The notes below the pieces were generated by a model, which did no database searches, was not told where the DNA came from, and was given only the letters and a program-made list of their open reading frames with translations. Positions 49,730 to 62,196 of a stretch of 64,000 nt of DNA are shown here, piece by piece (position 1 is the stretch's first letter; each line of letters begins with the position of its first letter). Origin of the DNA: Camelus dromedarius. Lineage: Eukaryota. The translations under genes were made by a program, and so were the position numbers. Where the stretch lies: the NCBI RefSeq assembly GCF_036321535.1, contig NC_087456.1, positions 9,424,001-9,488,000 on the forward strand. Direction: 5' to 3'.

Positions 49730-49960
49730 TTTGTTAATCTCTAACACGTGACAGGCACTTTGTAAAGAGGTCTCCATACATTATGTCATTTCTTCTTTCC
49801 AAGGATTCTATGTGATGGGCATTATTAAGCCCATTTTGCAGGTGAAGAAACTAAGGTTCAAAGAGATTAATTAACTAGCTCAAGGCTACACAAGCTAGTA
49901 AGTGGTGGAGCCAAGACTTGAATCCAAGTTTTATAATGCACTACCCAAGACTTCTCTCTT
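49730..49960 (-). mobile_element. MIR SINE
   Basis: cccattttgcaggtgaagaaactaaggttcaaagagattaattaactagctcaaggctacacaagctagtaagtggtggagccaagacttgaatccaag. Confidence 0.85.
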
Positions 49961-51059
49961 GAATGCTGTAACACCTTCATGGTCAAACCTGCAAAAAGAC
50001 TGTTGTGTTGCCGTACTGGACTCTCTCCTCAGTCCCAGTCTCTAGACTGAGCGCCAGCACTCTTCTGCTGGTAATTGGCCCACGAGGGACCGGGACCTGT
50101 GTGACAGGTGTATAATTTTGCCGTTAGGTGCCGACAGTACAGACCCATTAATATGCATTATGATGCTCCAGCGTTCATAAAAGAACACCACCAATTTATT
50201 AATGGGGGGATCACTGCACCACAGAGTCATTTTATGTTTTACAAAAGGCTTCAACATAAGATTCTTTTATGAAGCAAACATGGCAGTGCATTTCAAGTGT
50301 CGACTGATTTGCATGCAATCACTCAGGAGGACAACTATGCCCCAGGAATAATCGTTGTTACTGTAAGAGCAGCTACCACTTATCGAATACCTACTACGTA
50401 CCATGTTCTTTATATTTTTATTTATTCATCAAAAGTTGGCAAGAGGGCATTATCTCCCCGTTTTAGAGTTGAAGGCACTGATGCACTTCCCCACACTTGA
50501 CGGAGGCAGGGAGATCCTGGTCCTCGCCCTTCCAGATGGACATGTTAATAATGGTACGAATATACCTTAACGGCCCATCTCACCCTCCTTATCATTCGTG
50601 CAGATAACTTTTCTTTCTTTCTTTCTTTCTTTTGAATGGAGCACTAAACACCAAACACTAGCCAATCTCTGATAAAATATCTTATTATTTGAACATGCTT
50701 CCTCTTGTGCTTTCCCTGAACTGTGCTCCACAGGCACTCAGCCCCCTTAAAACATCACTTCCTCTTGAGTCTCGACCTCTTGGTGCATCTTATCAATGGC
50801 TCTCTTTCTATTCCCCTCAGTATTTTTGGCGAGATAAATTCAATTGATTCTGCATACACTCCTTGATGGCTTAGTTCCTGCTGGTCCCTCAGAATGTAAT
50901 GAGGAAGGAAAAAAAGACTATCCTAAGTCCTCAGGGATCTTATATTCAATTGGAAGTGTCAGGAGTTAAATAACTAATTGTATGATTACTAAAGTAAAAT
51001 TGTGACAAATGCCACAGTGGGGAAATACAGTAAAAAATGGATTGGATACACTCTCAGTC

Positions 51060-51282
51060 CGTTTAGTATCTGGATACTGGGAACTGTTTAATGCACTTTG
51101 CATACTTTGATTTTATTTTCTCACTAATCCTTTGGTCTTATTGTTATCCTCACTTAGTAGATCAGTACACAGAAGCACAGAGAGGTCATGTGTTCAAAAC
51201 ACGACAGCTAGTGAATGGTGACCCCAGGATTTGACTGCAAGAAATGTGATCCCAGAGCCTGGATTATTAATCAAAGCACTGT
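51060..51282 (-). mobile_element. MIR SINE
   Basis: acagaagcacagagaggtcatg...cagctagtgaatggtgaccccaggatttgactgc. Confidence 0.7.
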
Positions 51283-51402
51283 AAGAAATAAACATTAAGA
51301 GTACTAACCCAAGGAAGTGATGTTTCAGTGGACGTGGGGACGGATGAAAGGTGTTAGCGGGAGGAGAGTAGGAGAGCTCGTCAGACTGTGGCCTGTGCTG
51401 TG

Positions 51403-51670
51403 TTTCTGATTGAAGTGTAGATGGTGTGCAATATTCTACAAGTTACAAGTATATACTATAGTGAGTCACAATTTATAAAGGTTATACTCCATTTATAGTT
51501 ATTATAAAATATTGGCTATATTCCCTGTGCTTTATAATATATTCTCAGAGCCTACTTGATACAAAATAGTTTGTGCCTTTTAGTCCCCTACCCCTAAATT
51601 GCCCCACCCCGTTCTCTTTCCTCACTGGTTATCACTTGTTTGCTCTTTATGTCTGTGACCCTGCTGCGTC
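51403..51670 (-). mobile_element. Older cetartiodactyl L1 3'UTR fragment
   Basis: attgaagtgtagatggtgtgcaatatt...ttaaaggttatactccatttatagttattataaaatattggctatattccctgtgc-type sequence. Confidence 0.85.
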
Positions 51671-52422
51671 TTCTTTTTTTTTTTTTAATTGAAGTATAGT
51701 CAGTTACAATGTGTCAAATTTCTGGTGTACAGCACAGTGTCCCAGTCACGTGTATCTATCCATGTAGCTCGCTCTCTCTCTCTATATATATATACACATG
51801 TATATATATAAATATATTCGTTTTCATATTTTTTTCATCAAAGGTTGCTATAAGATATTGAATAAAGTTCCCTGTGCTTTCAGAAGAAATTCGTTCTTTA
51901 TCTATTTTTATAGATAGTGGTTAACATCTGGGAATCTCAAACTCCCAAATTTATCCCTTCCCACCCCATTTCCCCAGTAATCATAAGATTGTTTACTATG
52001 TCTGGGAGTCTATTTGTATTTTGTAGATGAGTTCATTAGTGTCCTCTTTTTTCTTTCTTTTTTTTTTTTTTTGAGATTCCATATATGAGTGATATCATAT
52101 GGTAGTTTTCTCTCTTTCTGGCTTAACTTCACTTAGAATGATGATTTCCAGGTCTATCCATGTTGCTGCAAATGGCATTATTGTATTCTTTTTTATCACT
52201 GGGTAGTACTCCATTGTATAAATATATCACAACTTCTTTATCCAGTCATCTGTGGATGGACATTTAGGTTGCTTCCGTGTCTTGGCTGTTGTGTGCAGTG
52301 CTGCTGTGAACATTGGGGTGCATGTACTTTTTCAAATTAGAGTTCCTTACAGTTACATGCCCAGGAATGGGATTGCTGGATCATACAGTAAGTCTATTTT
52401 TAGTTTTTTGAGGAATCTTCCA
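51671..52422 (-). mobile_element. Younger lineage-specific L1, 5'-truncated (3'UTR + ORF2 end)
   Basis: Poly-T then aattgaagtatagtcagttacaatg...ctcaaactcccaaatttatcccttcc...ttagaatgatgatttccaggtctatccatgttgctgcaaatggc...gctggatcatacagtaagtctatttttagttttttgaggaatcttcca. Confidence 0.95.
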
Positions 52423-52549
52423 TCATCTTTCTTTTTCCCTTCTCTCTCCCCCTGCCACTGTCTAAATGAACGTGAACTTGTGGAGACCTGGCCTTTGGTC
52501 CCCCTGATTTCTCTCTCTCTCTCTCTCTCTCCTGATATTCTGCGCAGCT

Positions 52550-53112
52550 CTTGCCCTAGTTCAGGCTGCTACTCTCTCTTATCTGCTCTTTTGCAACAGA
52601 CCCCTAATCGACCTTCCTGCCTCCAGTTTGCTCCCCTCCCATCCATCACACACCCTGCTGCTTCCAGGGTGATTTTTCTGAGGTGCAAACCATGTCATCC
52701 CCTTGCTTAAAACTCCAAAAATAGCTGCCACAGGATGAGGTGCAAACTCCCCAGCACGCCATCCCTGGCCTGCGAGGCTCTGGTCCTTACTTATCCTCAC
52801 CGTGGCCCCCTCACCTTAATTAAGCAAACTCCCTGAAGGTCTCAGAACATGCTAGATCCTTTTATATCCCCAGACCTTGGCTCATGCTGTTCCCTCTGCC
52901 TGGTGAGGACTTCCTCAGCCTGGAGCCCGGTCTTCTCTTTTCCTGCGTGGGCTTCTATTTTAGGATCTGTAACACTTTGTGTTTTGCCCTCACTTACTTA
53001 TCAGGCTTCTTAAGTCCCACTCACGAGGAGAAGGTTCCCCTCTAGCTTGTCTGCAGTGCCTCGTGCAGTGCTTGGCATGTGCCAATAAAATATATGTTTA
53101 TTGAATGAATGA
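52550..53112 (+). mobile_element. L2 3' region
   Basis: ccctaatcgaccttcctgcctccagtttgctcccctccc...catgtcatccccttgcttaaaactcc...gtgcttggcatgtgccaataaaatatatgtttattgaatgaatg. Confidence 0.85.
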
Positions 53113-53444
53113 GCACATCTTGCATGAGTAGCAATGACATACTTTGTCCACTTGACCATGAGCATCCTGATGTGGGAAGCAGGAGCCTGTGACTTTTGAC
53201 AAGTTACTGAACATCTCTGAGGTCCATTTTCCCATCAGTAAAATGGATTTGTATCAGCTTCAAGGCTGAGAGATGGATTAGATAGTATTTTGAGGTCTTC
53301 CTACGATTTAGGATAATTTTAGTGTGCTGTTCACTAAAAAATGTTTGAACACTAGCAGCGTTCACTGTTCAGGATGTATTAGGATGTATTCGTTCAGATT
53401 CCTGTCCCTGCCTAAAAGTGCTTTTACAAAATACATTTTAAATA

Positions 53445-53650
53445 ATATTGGAATTTATTGAGAGCTGGTTCCATTATGTGCTGGTCTTTTAAGGGCCTTA
53501 AAAGGGTAACTGTTGTGTTATCCTCACAACAATGCACCGAGGATGTATTTTCATTATCCCCATTTTGCAGATAAAGAGACTGAGGTTCAAAGTCACTAAT
53601 TAGTAGGTCGTGGAACCAGGACTCAAACTTAGTCACTTCCCCTATGATTA
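53445..53650 (-). mobile_element. MIR SINE
   Basis: attatccccattttgcagataaagagactgaggttcaaag...gaaccaggactcaaac. Confidence 0.8.
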
Positions 53651-53736
53651 ACCTGTGACTTAATCCCTACTCTATGCTATCTCAATTTTTTAAATTGTGG
53701 TTAGGGAGCCAAGTTTCATTTTATTATAATAGAGGC

Positions 53737-53937
53737 TACGGGTTGGCCAGCTTTTGCTGTGATGGGCTAGATGGTAAATATTTTATGTTTTCCTATTGCC
53801 TAGTATTTTTGTTGGACAGGAGGGGTATCTTGTTTTTGTTTTCCTTTTTACCACCTTTTAAAAATGTAAATACCATTTTCAGCTGATGGGCCACATACGG
53901 CTTTGTCCTTGGTCAGGTTCGCCTTTTTTCCCACCTG
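53737..53937. mobile_element. MER58B-like hAT MITE
   Basis: gggttggccagcttttgctgtgatgggctagatggtaaatattttatg...ccttttaaaaatgtaaataccattttcagctgatgggccac. Confidence 0.55.
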
Positions 53938-55153
53938 AGGTTGCCAAGTCAGGACAGTTTTTCCCTTAGAGCGTTGAAATTGCAAGTGGAATTAACTAGT
54001 GTTTTAGTAATTCTTGTTAGATAAAGATCAAGCAGTGTAATTCCGCAGCAAACAGATTGACAGTCCCAGCCTCCCTTGCAGTAGCCTACAAGGGTTCCAT
54101 TAAATGCTGACCAGCCGGACCAAGAATGTCAATTGTCTGCTTCGGGAACGCTCTGTTTTTCAGAATGTCAGGTACTATACGGAGTGAACAACTTAACTTT
54201 CTCATCCTGATTTCAATCATTTACATCAGGGCTTTCCCCAAAAAGATCTGTGGTGAAGCAGGGAAGGGAACTTAAGATCTTTGGCTGTCTGGTCTTAAAT
54301 TTCAACTGATCAAAAGTTAAGAGTTTATTCAGCATCTCCTCCCTAACCGCTCATGTTATATCTGGGACAGAAGAGCAGTCACTCCCGTGAGGAATTCACA
54401 TAGAGAAGGGAAACCCAGTGGTTCTTAGCCTTTTTGGGGTGAGAGACCGCTTTGAATATTGAAAAACACTGTTGACCCTATGTTCCCCCAGTGCCTGGCT
54501 GAATATGCCAGCAAAGGCTGGCGTTCGTTTTCAGGGGATTCTTACTCACCCAGAAGTCTAACCACCAGCTCAGTTTAAAGTGTCCTGTTTTAAGCACTTG
54601 GAAAAACAAAACGCCTTCGTGTGTGGTATTGATTGAAGAATCAGTCCTCTCCTGAGCCTGCCCGCCCACCTGCTTCTAGGTCAACAGCATCACTCAGTCA
54701 CTGGTAGAAAAGATCCATTTCCTTAGCGTTTCTGTCTGTGTCACTTGGGCTGATGAGAGACCGAGCCTGATGCCCCAGAGGCTCGCTCCCTCCGGCCCTC
54801 TGCTCCTTATCTCTGCGTGTCATGTTTTCCAGCCAGCGGGTCTAATGGGGGGGTCACGGTTCCCTAGCTCGCAGCTCCCTCTGAGTGTTTTAACACCAGT
54901 CGAGGACAGCCCTCTGGGAAGGGCGAAGCACGAGCTGTCTCCTCAGGCTCCTGCTCAATGGAGCATGTGTTCAAAATAAACGTCATTCTCCCTTCAAAAG
55001 TGTGATCTTTGGAATGCACCTACCTGACCCCTGGAGAGGGGCCAAGCTGGCAGAACTGAGATGTGGCTGAAAGGGGGCTGTCACTGGTGATGCCTGGCAT
55101 CAGAGGAGTGGGCAGCAGACACTTGCCTCTTGCGTGTTTATTCTCATGGCCTC

Positions 55154-55570
55154 TGCAGTGGGTTGAGTAGTGGTCTCCAAATATTCATATCTGCCTGGAC
55201 CCTTAGAGTTAGACCTTATTTGGCAATAGGGTCTTTATAGATGAAATCATCTTGGATTTTGGGTGGCCCCTAAATCCAGTGACAGGGGTTCTTACAAAAA
55301 AAAAAGCATGCATAGCGTCAGAGGGAAGACGGCCACGTGAAGATAGAGGCAGAAATTGGAGAGATGCCGCCACAAGCCAAGATACACCTGGAGCCACCAG
55401 GAGCCGGAGGAGATGAGGATGGAGTCTTGTTTAGAGCCTTCATTGGGAGCATGGCCCTGGCAACTCTCTGATCTCCAACTTCTGGCCTCCAGAGCTGTAA
55501 ATAAAATTCTATTGTTTTAAGCCCCCCAGTTTGTGGTGCTTTGTGATAGCAGTCGCAGGAAACGAATGCA
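55154..55570 (+). mobile_element. MLT1C-like MaLR solo LTR
   Basis: gaccttatttggcaatagggtctttatagatg...gaagacggccacgtgaagatagaggcagaaattggagagatgccgccacaagccaag...tctggcctccagagctgtaaataaaattctattgttttaagcc. Confidence 0.9.
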
Positions 55571-56624
55571 GCTGACTTCTGATCACTGTGAATGACTGAT
55601 GGGCCGACCTCTTGGAGGATGGAGATCCTGGTTCCTGGAGAACCCTGAGAAAGGAATGGGGCCTGGAGCCTCTGATTTGAAGGACCTCAAGTTATTGGAT
55701 GTGCTAACTTAGTGAAAGAGGCAGCAAATCACATGCCCTTTCTGTGTGTTGATGTCTGTGGTCTAACATGGAGCCAAGTCTTCCCAACTTCTGCCTTCCG
55801 ACCTGAGTTCCTACTAGAACTTCAGGAATTCTGACAACTTTGTGAAGAGTGCCATTCACTGACCCCAACCCTTTACCAAAACAAAACACAAACAAAAAAA
55901 CCCATAACCCATTATTTTCTTTCCTCTTTCAACGTTTTTGCTCAAAATTTCTTTTCCATCTGGGATAATCCTCATGTTCATTGAACCAAACATTAAGCCC
56001 ACAATGAATTGACTAGTTATTAGCATGTCTGTCTTACTGCCTTTTCTAGACTGTAAGTTACCTGAGGTCACTCACGCCCACTGGCCAGCCAGCTCTGAGC
56101 ACAGCACATTGTGAGTCCTCATTTGTAATTCGTGTCACACGTTACTCAACAGGAAAGAACAGTTTAAATCTAATGCTAAGGGAAATGTGCTCATTTTGGT
56201 ATTTTCAAATGGCAAAGAGCTATGTTTTCCCTCCTGAGAGTTTTCTCTTCAGTCTCTGTCCAAATGTCACTGAGTTTGGTTAAAATTACAAAAGAGCTGC
56301 AGCCGTTGCTGTGGGTAGAAGCAAGGCTTTATATTCACTGGGATTGCATCTTCCCTCCTTCCCATCTACTCACGAAGCTGTGGTTACAGCCAATGCTTGG
56401 TATTTATAGGGATTCACAGATAGTAAAACCCACCTCACTCAGTGCTTAGAGGGTGTGCAATCCCTGTCACGTAGGTGGTAGACGTTAGACGTCAGCTTTC
56501 TTTACTCCACTGTCTTTTTATTGGCTCTCTTTTTGTTTCAAGATGTTTCAAGATGACTATATCTCAAGAGTTAAGATACAGTCAATGCAAAGTATTTCCT
56601 GATCTCTAGAAATAATGATGGCAA

Positions 56625-56850
56625 AGACATTTGTTTATAGTTCCTACCACATGTCAGGCAATGTGCTAAGTGCTTACATATATTAACTCATAACAGAGGT
56701 ACTGCTATTCTTTTCATTTAATAGATGAGAAAACTGAATCACGGAGAAGTTAAGTAACCTGCCCAGGTTGTCTCAGTTAGTTAAAGCGATGTCAGGACTT
56801 GAACACAGGCAGTCTGGCTCTGGATCTGAGATCTTCATCACTACACCTTA
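56625..56850 (-). mobile_element. MIR SINE
   Basis: tgtcaggcaatgtgctaagtgcttacatatattaactcat...agatgagaaaactgaatcacggagaagttaagtaacctgcccagg...cttgaacacaggcagtctggctc. Confidence 0.9.
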
Positions 56851-57687
56851 TTGCACTGAGGTTGTTGAAATAAGCAAGTGGAGAAGTACATGGACCTCCT
56901 GGGCCGTCAGGCTCCTGTCTAGAGCAAGGGTTAACTGCAAGGGTTCTGGTAACAGAACTAAGTTTGAGACCACTCTCAGACCCTAGGATTTGTCTCATTT
57001 TCCTTTCTGGAAAAAATTACAAGGATGAAATAGGAAAATAGGACAGTGCACATAATCTGTCTGGCAAAAGTGACACCTGATAAAGCTTTTCTTTTCCTTT
57101 TTTTACTAGTATCAAAACCATCTCTCCAGTGGTTTCAAATTTATAGTCATGGTGTCCTGGTATGCCACAATCACTTCTAAGGTATATAATTCCTCTAAAA
57201 TAATAATAATAATGCCAACACTTGTAAATAACAAATCCTTTTTGTCTATAAAAGAAATTACAATAAAGGTTACCTCGGCATTAATGCCACCCATGCTTGC
57301 ATTTTTACATGATTTCCTAAGGAGAGAGAAAGGGGTAACGTGCATTGCGAGGAGGGAACTGGGCACAACCTAGGTGTGTGCAGGGAAGTGTCAGATGTCC
57401 AGTGTAAAGCAGTGGAAAAACAATTTGAGGGGCTCACCATGCATCTGGTCCCCCACCTTCGTGGGAAAGAATCTACCTGTGAGCCATGGTCATGTGGGAG
57501 AGGCAAAGGTTAATCTAGATGCAATATGCTAAGCATTGTTTATAGACGGAGTAAAAAATGTCTTGTTCTTATTTGTACAGTATTTCCAAAATATATGTGT
57601 GTGTGTATATATATACGTACCTATCTATATGTATACATATGCTGTTGGGATTCATAAAGAAAAGTCATTTAAAGACATAGTTGGTAA

Positions 57688-57763
57688 GTATATATACGAC
57701 TGAAACAGGCTGTACATCAGAAATTGACACATTATAAACTAACTATACTTCAATGAAAAAAAA
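57688..57763 (+). mobile_element. Extremely 5'-truncated L1 3' tip with TSD
   Basis: gtatatatacgactgaaacaggctgtacatcagaaattgacacattataaactaactatacttcaatg + A8, flanked by aaagacatagttg / aaagacataactg. Confidence 0.8.
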
Positions 57764-59089
57764 GACATAACTGAATTCATAGTAACTGCTTGTCACTCTG
57801 TATCTTTCAGTCGGCAAATACTCAAAATACTGTCATGTGAACATTACATTTTTTAGATATGAAAAAAAGCACAATATACTCAAAAGCACTGAGAAGCCCC
57901 GACTCACTGATAAAAGTGTTGGCACAATGTGTTGCATGTTCGGCTGCTCAACGACCATTTCTGTCCTTCCCCTCACAGTGGTGGGACATGTGATTGGCTC
58001 TTGTCCGGAAAGGACAGGAGCCAAGACCACAAGTCAGGAGGGAGAAGACTCAGAACTCCGGATTGATCTAGCCTAGGGTAAACTCCAAAACCACAGGGAC
58101 GCGGAGCTGGAGAGTGGCTTCCAGGCAGTAATTTCTGGATTTGGAGATACATCTGCATTGTTTTCATAGAGATTTAATTCAAGTTTGTGTTGGGGCTATA
58201 AAGCTGGGTCTATCTCTAGGGAAAGTGCTAATCTAAGGGGCAGAGCTTCTGGCCAGCTGGGCTAGGGGCGGAGCTTCTGAGGGGGGTGTTGGAAACAGCA
58301 TAAAGAACCAGTGACCAGACAGAAGGGCCCTTGGATGGTGTTTGCATGTAGTGGGGGCAGCCAGGAGGCTGCAGCCCAGTGCCCAGTGTTGGCTATTCTA
58401 GAAGCAAAGTCTACCCTAGATGCAGCTGACATCGATTATTTAAGGAGTGGGCTCCTACAGAATTCCTGAGTGGGCTATTTCGGAAGCTAGTGGTGCTGGG
58501 TCTGCAGGAAGCAAGAGGTTATTCCTCACATCTGGGCAGATCAAAGGCAGTCAAGAAAAAAAATGCATGATTTCCCCTCTCCCAGCATCCTATGTGGGTG
58601 GTCATCCATTCTCTGTGTATACATCTTTAGTCTTTAGCGATGGCAGGCTTTTCAGGGGTGAAGTGGGGTCACATTCCACCTAGGGGAAATATTGACCTGT
58701 TTTTTGTTGTTGTTGTTGAAGTTGGAATCCCATTGGGGTATTGGGACATATCCCAGTTGGCTATTTGGAAAGAGGCAGGGTGTCGGATTGCGAGTTTGAG
58801 GAGTTCCAATCTTAGGACTTAAATATTTTTGCAGAATATTTCAAGCACACATTGGAATATAAATAAAATTGTTATGTGGGGTGTGAGTGAGTGTGTGTGT
58901 GAGAGATAAAGACAAAGAAAGGCAGACAGATAGACACAGACTAGAAAGAAGAGAACTTCCTTCTTAAGTTTTGAAAAATACACCATCCCTGCAAGAGGCA
59001 GCGCCTAGAGGATAAAAGTGTCCTTTCAGCTCCGTTCTTCTGGAATCCTCTCGGTCTCTTTTGGTTGTGTTGATATTTATGATTGTTTT

Positions 59090-59310
59090 AGCTGCTAATT
59101 ATTGTGTAAGTATGCCATGCCAGGCTGGGGACAAAGTGATTTATACACAACATAACGCCTACAGGTTACAACAAAGGTTGTATGATCCCCGTTTAAGGTG
59201 AGGAAAATGAGGCTCAGATTCATCAAGTGACTTTCTCAAGGTCACAGGTTCATATGAGGCTGAGCAAAAAGTCAAGCCGTGTTTTGATGGACTCGAAAGT
59301 CCTTGTGTGA
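59090..59310 (-). mobile_element. MIR SINE
   Basis: gatccccgtttaaggtgaggaaaatgaggctcagattcatcaagtgactttctcaaggtcacagg. Confidence 0.8.
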
Positions 59311-59744
59311 GTGTTATACACACTTCCTTACTTCTGTGCTCTCCTGCCCCCAAGCCTTACTTTCACTTAACTGGAATCTTAGAAGGAAGAATTAGGATCT
59401 TAGAATGACTGTTCAAACCTTTCTCCCAAATTGTAATGGGATCACACATTTAACTTCCACCCTAACACAGATGTGCAAAAGAATAAAATAGGAAATTCTA
59501 CTCTTGTCTGTAATTAACTTGGTCTTTCTCCTGATCTTCCATTAGTGGGAAAAATAAATTAGTGAAGTGTCCAAGCTACTATAACCCTAGTCAGATTTTA
59601 AAAGTTAAAAAGTTTAACAATGCCTTGAGGTCATGTTCAATGTCTCTCTAGGAAAAAAGCAAAGTGTGATATCTCATAGAACCTCATTCTTTCTTTGGTA
59701 TTTGGGCATACGGGGAAGGGGTGTGTGGCTTAGCATTGGGTAGA

Positions 59745-59924
59745 TGTATTAGTCAGGATAAAGAATGCTAGCTTCTGTAACAGACAACCCCCATAATCTC
59801 AGTAGCATAACATGAAGAAGGGTTATTTCTCTTTCATGTCATAGTGTGATGTGGGAAGGGTGGCTTTCTTCCAAGTGGTGACTTGAATAATCCAGGCTCC
59901 TTTCATCTATTTTTGTCTTCAAAA

Positions 59925-59958
<34 letters not shown>

Positions 59959-60165
59959 CAATAAATGATCTTAGTGCTTTTCTGGAAAAAAAACTCACAA
60001 AAGAATTGTGTCTAGTGGACATTAATACTGTGCACATTCCATTTACCAGAACCTGGCCACACGATTTCAGACTAACTGCAAGGGAGGCTAGTAAGTGTCA
60101 TTTTTACTATGTGCTCAAGAGAGGGAACAAGACTGGTGGGATCTAGCCAGGGTCCGCTGCAGTAA
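59745..60165 (-). mobile_element. Old MLT1 (J/K/L-like) MaLR LTR with internal (CT)n
   Basis: tgtattagtcaggataaag...ctgtaacagacaacccccataatctcagtagcataac...cacattccatttaccagaacctggccacacg...taactgcaagggaggctagtaagtgt. Confidence 0.85.
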
Positions 60166-61187
60166 GGAATTGCTCCCCGGCTCTCCTGCTGGTTCCTCCT
60201 GCCAGTGCCAGCTTTCAGCCTCCGTGTCTGCCTAGTCACTGGGTTAACATTCCTCATCTGCTTCTGATACTGAAGTGGATGGCTGGTGAAACCTGGGGGG
60301 GTCATCTGTCTTGACCCAGCCAGCACTTCCAGTGGAGCTCCCTGCTGACTTGGCCTCCTCTTGGCTCCCACTGGCATCTTACTTCTGAGCTTCATGCCCT
60401 GTCTCCAGTCGGCCTGCTGGTCAGAAGGTCCACTGCCAGGGCCTACTGTGGGGTCATCTTGCATTGCCATGGGGAGCCAGTGACTTTCACCCAAGAACTT
60501 TTGGTGGTTCAGTCTAAACATCAGGGTGGCTCTCTGTCTCACCACACTCCAGGAATTTTCTCTACCAAGGTCCAGGTTGGTGGGAGGCTGCCTGTGACAA
60601 GATACTTCTGCGAGTACCCAAAAGTAACAGGGTGAATGGCTCCTCCCATGAGCGCCCCTATCAGCTGGTCTAATTTACTCCCTCCCTCTCCGAGCCTAAG
60701 TCCAGGGAACAGCTGTGAGGTGCGGGTCCTGTTCTCTGTGCTCCACCCCCTTCCTTCCCACCACATCCAGGATCCCACTGGGGATGGGCAGGGGGCTTTT
60801 CTACCTCCTCCCTCTGCCATAGCCTCTCCTTCACAGGACAGGCTTTCACACCTAGAAAAATGCCTGTGAATTCAGGTGTTGACTGAGAGCTGGCGTTGGT
60901 CTGCTGAAGGAGGAGATACAGAGATGTGGACACCCCTTATCAAGACAATAGCCTGGCTTGCCAGCTCTGATAGAGCTGCAACAATCTAAATTGTGCCTTT
61001 CAAAATGGAATATTACCTCCGTGTTTTTTCTCTACACTCATGCTATAATAGTTTCTAATCTTTCCCAGGCAGACAGATGCCTAGAGTGGAGGGTGAAGGA
61101 ATGTGGACTCAGACAAAAGAGAAGCCTCATTTAATTTAAGATGCTTCAGTTTAATGAGGATCCTCCGAGGATTACGAGCCAGGATGC

Positions 61188-61775
61188 GTTCATTTAACAA
61201 ACACTTATTGATTCTGTTCTGAGCACCGTTCTAGGTCACGGGGATACTACAGTCAGCAAAGCCAACCGCCCTTGAGAAGCCTGTGTTCTAGCGGAGGGTG
61301 GGGCACAGCAATTGACAGTAAGTAAGTGACACATGTATAAGCTAAGTGGTGGGAAGTGCTGAGGGGGGAAGTGAAGCAGAAGAGGGATGTGCAACGCCGG
61401 GTCACACGCAAGAGAGCATGAACTGGGAGTGCTTGACTGAGCATGTGGTTTTTTGAGAAAAGACCTCAAGGAAGTGAGAGAGTGAGCCATGCAGATTTTT
61501 GGATAAAAAACGGTCCAGGTAGAGGGGACTACAAGTGTTAAGGTACCAAGTGGAAGTCTTCCTGGCTTCCTGGGAGAATTCAAGGAGGCCAGTGGCTGGA
61601 GCAGTTAAGTGGAGACAGCAGCAGGAAATGAACCCAGAGAGTGATGGAGGGTGTAGATGATGTTGGGCCTTTTGATCTTTGACTCTGAGTGAGATGGGGA
61701 GCTACAGAGGGTTCTGAGCAGAAAAGTGATTCGATATCACTTCAGTATTAACAGAACTGCTCTGGGCTAGCGTTA
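61188..61775 (-). mobile_element. L2 (L2a-like) 3' region
   Basis: ttcatttaacaaacacttattg...ggaagtgagagagtgagccatgcagatttt...caaggaggccagtggctggagcag...tttgactctgagtgagatggggagctacagagggttctgagcaga. Confidence 0.9.
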
Positions 61776-61925
61776 TCCTCAGGGTTAGAGCTAGAGTGGC
61801 CGTACGTGTACCTCTGCTAGAATTCTCATCACGGCAGGGAATGTGGTCCTTCACGTGGTCGTTTATGGACGTTGGACAGGCTTAACTGTCATGAGAATCA
61901 TCTCTCTTGTTCAGTTCCCCTAGGA

Positions 61926-62196
61926 CAGAGGTTGGCAAACTCCAAGACATATCGGTGCCTACCTATTTTGATAAATGAAGATTCATTGAAAAACAGCCAT
62001 GTTTATTTTGTCGATGTATTGTCCGTGAAGCTTTTGGGCTTCAATGACAGAGCAGGTTAAGTAGCTGCAACAGAAATTACATTGTCTGCAAATACTGAGA
62101 TATTTACTAACTGGATTTTCTTTTTCAGGAAAACAATACAAGTTTCACTTTAATTAAAACTGACTGGCTTTTTAAGAAAATGTTTGCAGACCCCTG
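61926..62196. mobile_element. MER58A hAT MITE with an internal ~50-bp insert
   Basis: TIRs cagaggttggcaaact ... atgtttgcagacccctg; the body cctatttt...aacagccatg...gatatttactaactgg matches MER58A. Confidence 0.85.

Noticed and set aside
22803-52422. Same-family L1 copies in inverted orientation ~28 kb apart
   Set aside because: Common in mammalian genomes, and there is no evidence of rearrangement between them.
57900-58660. Possible ERVL/LTR16-33-like old LTR
   Set aside because: The resemblance is too vague to call by eye; it needs a repeat-library search.
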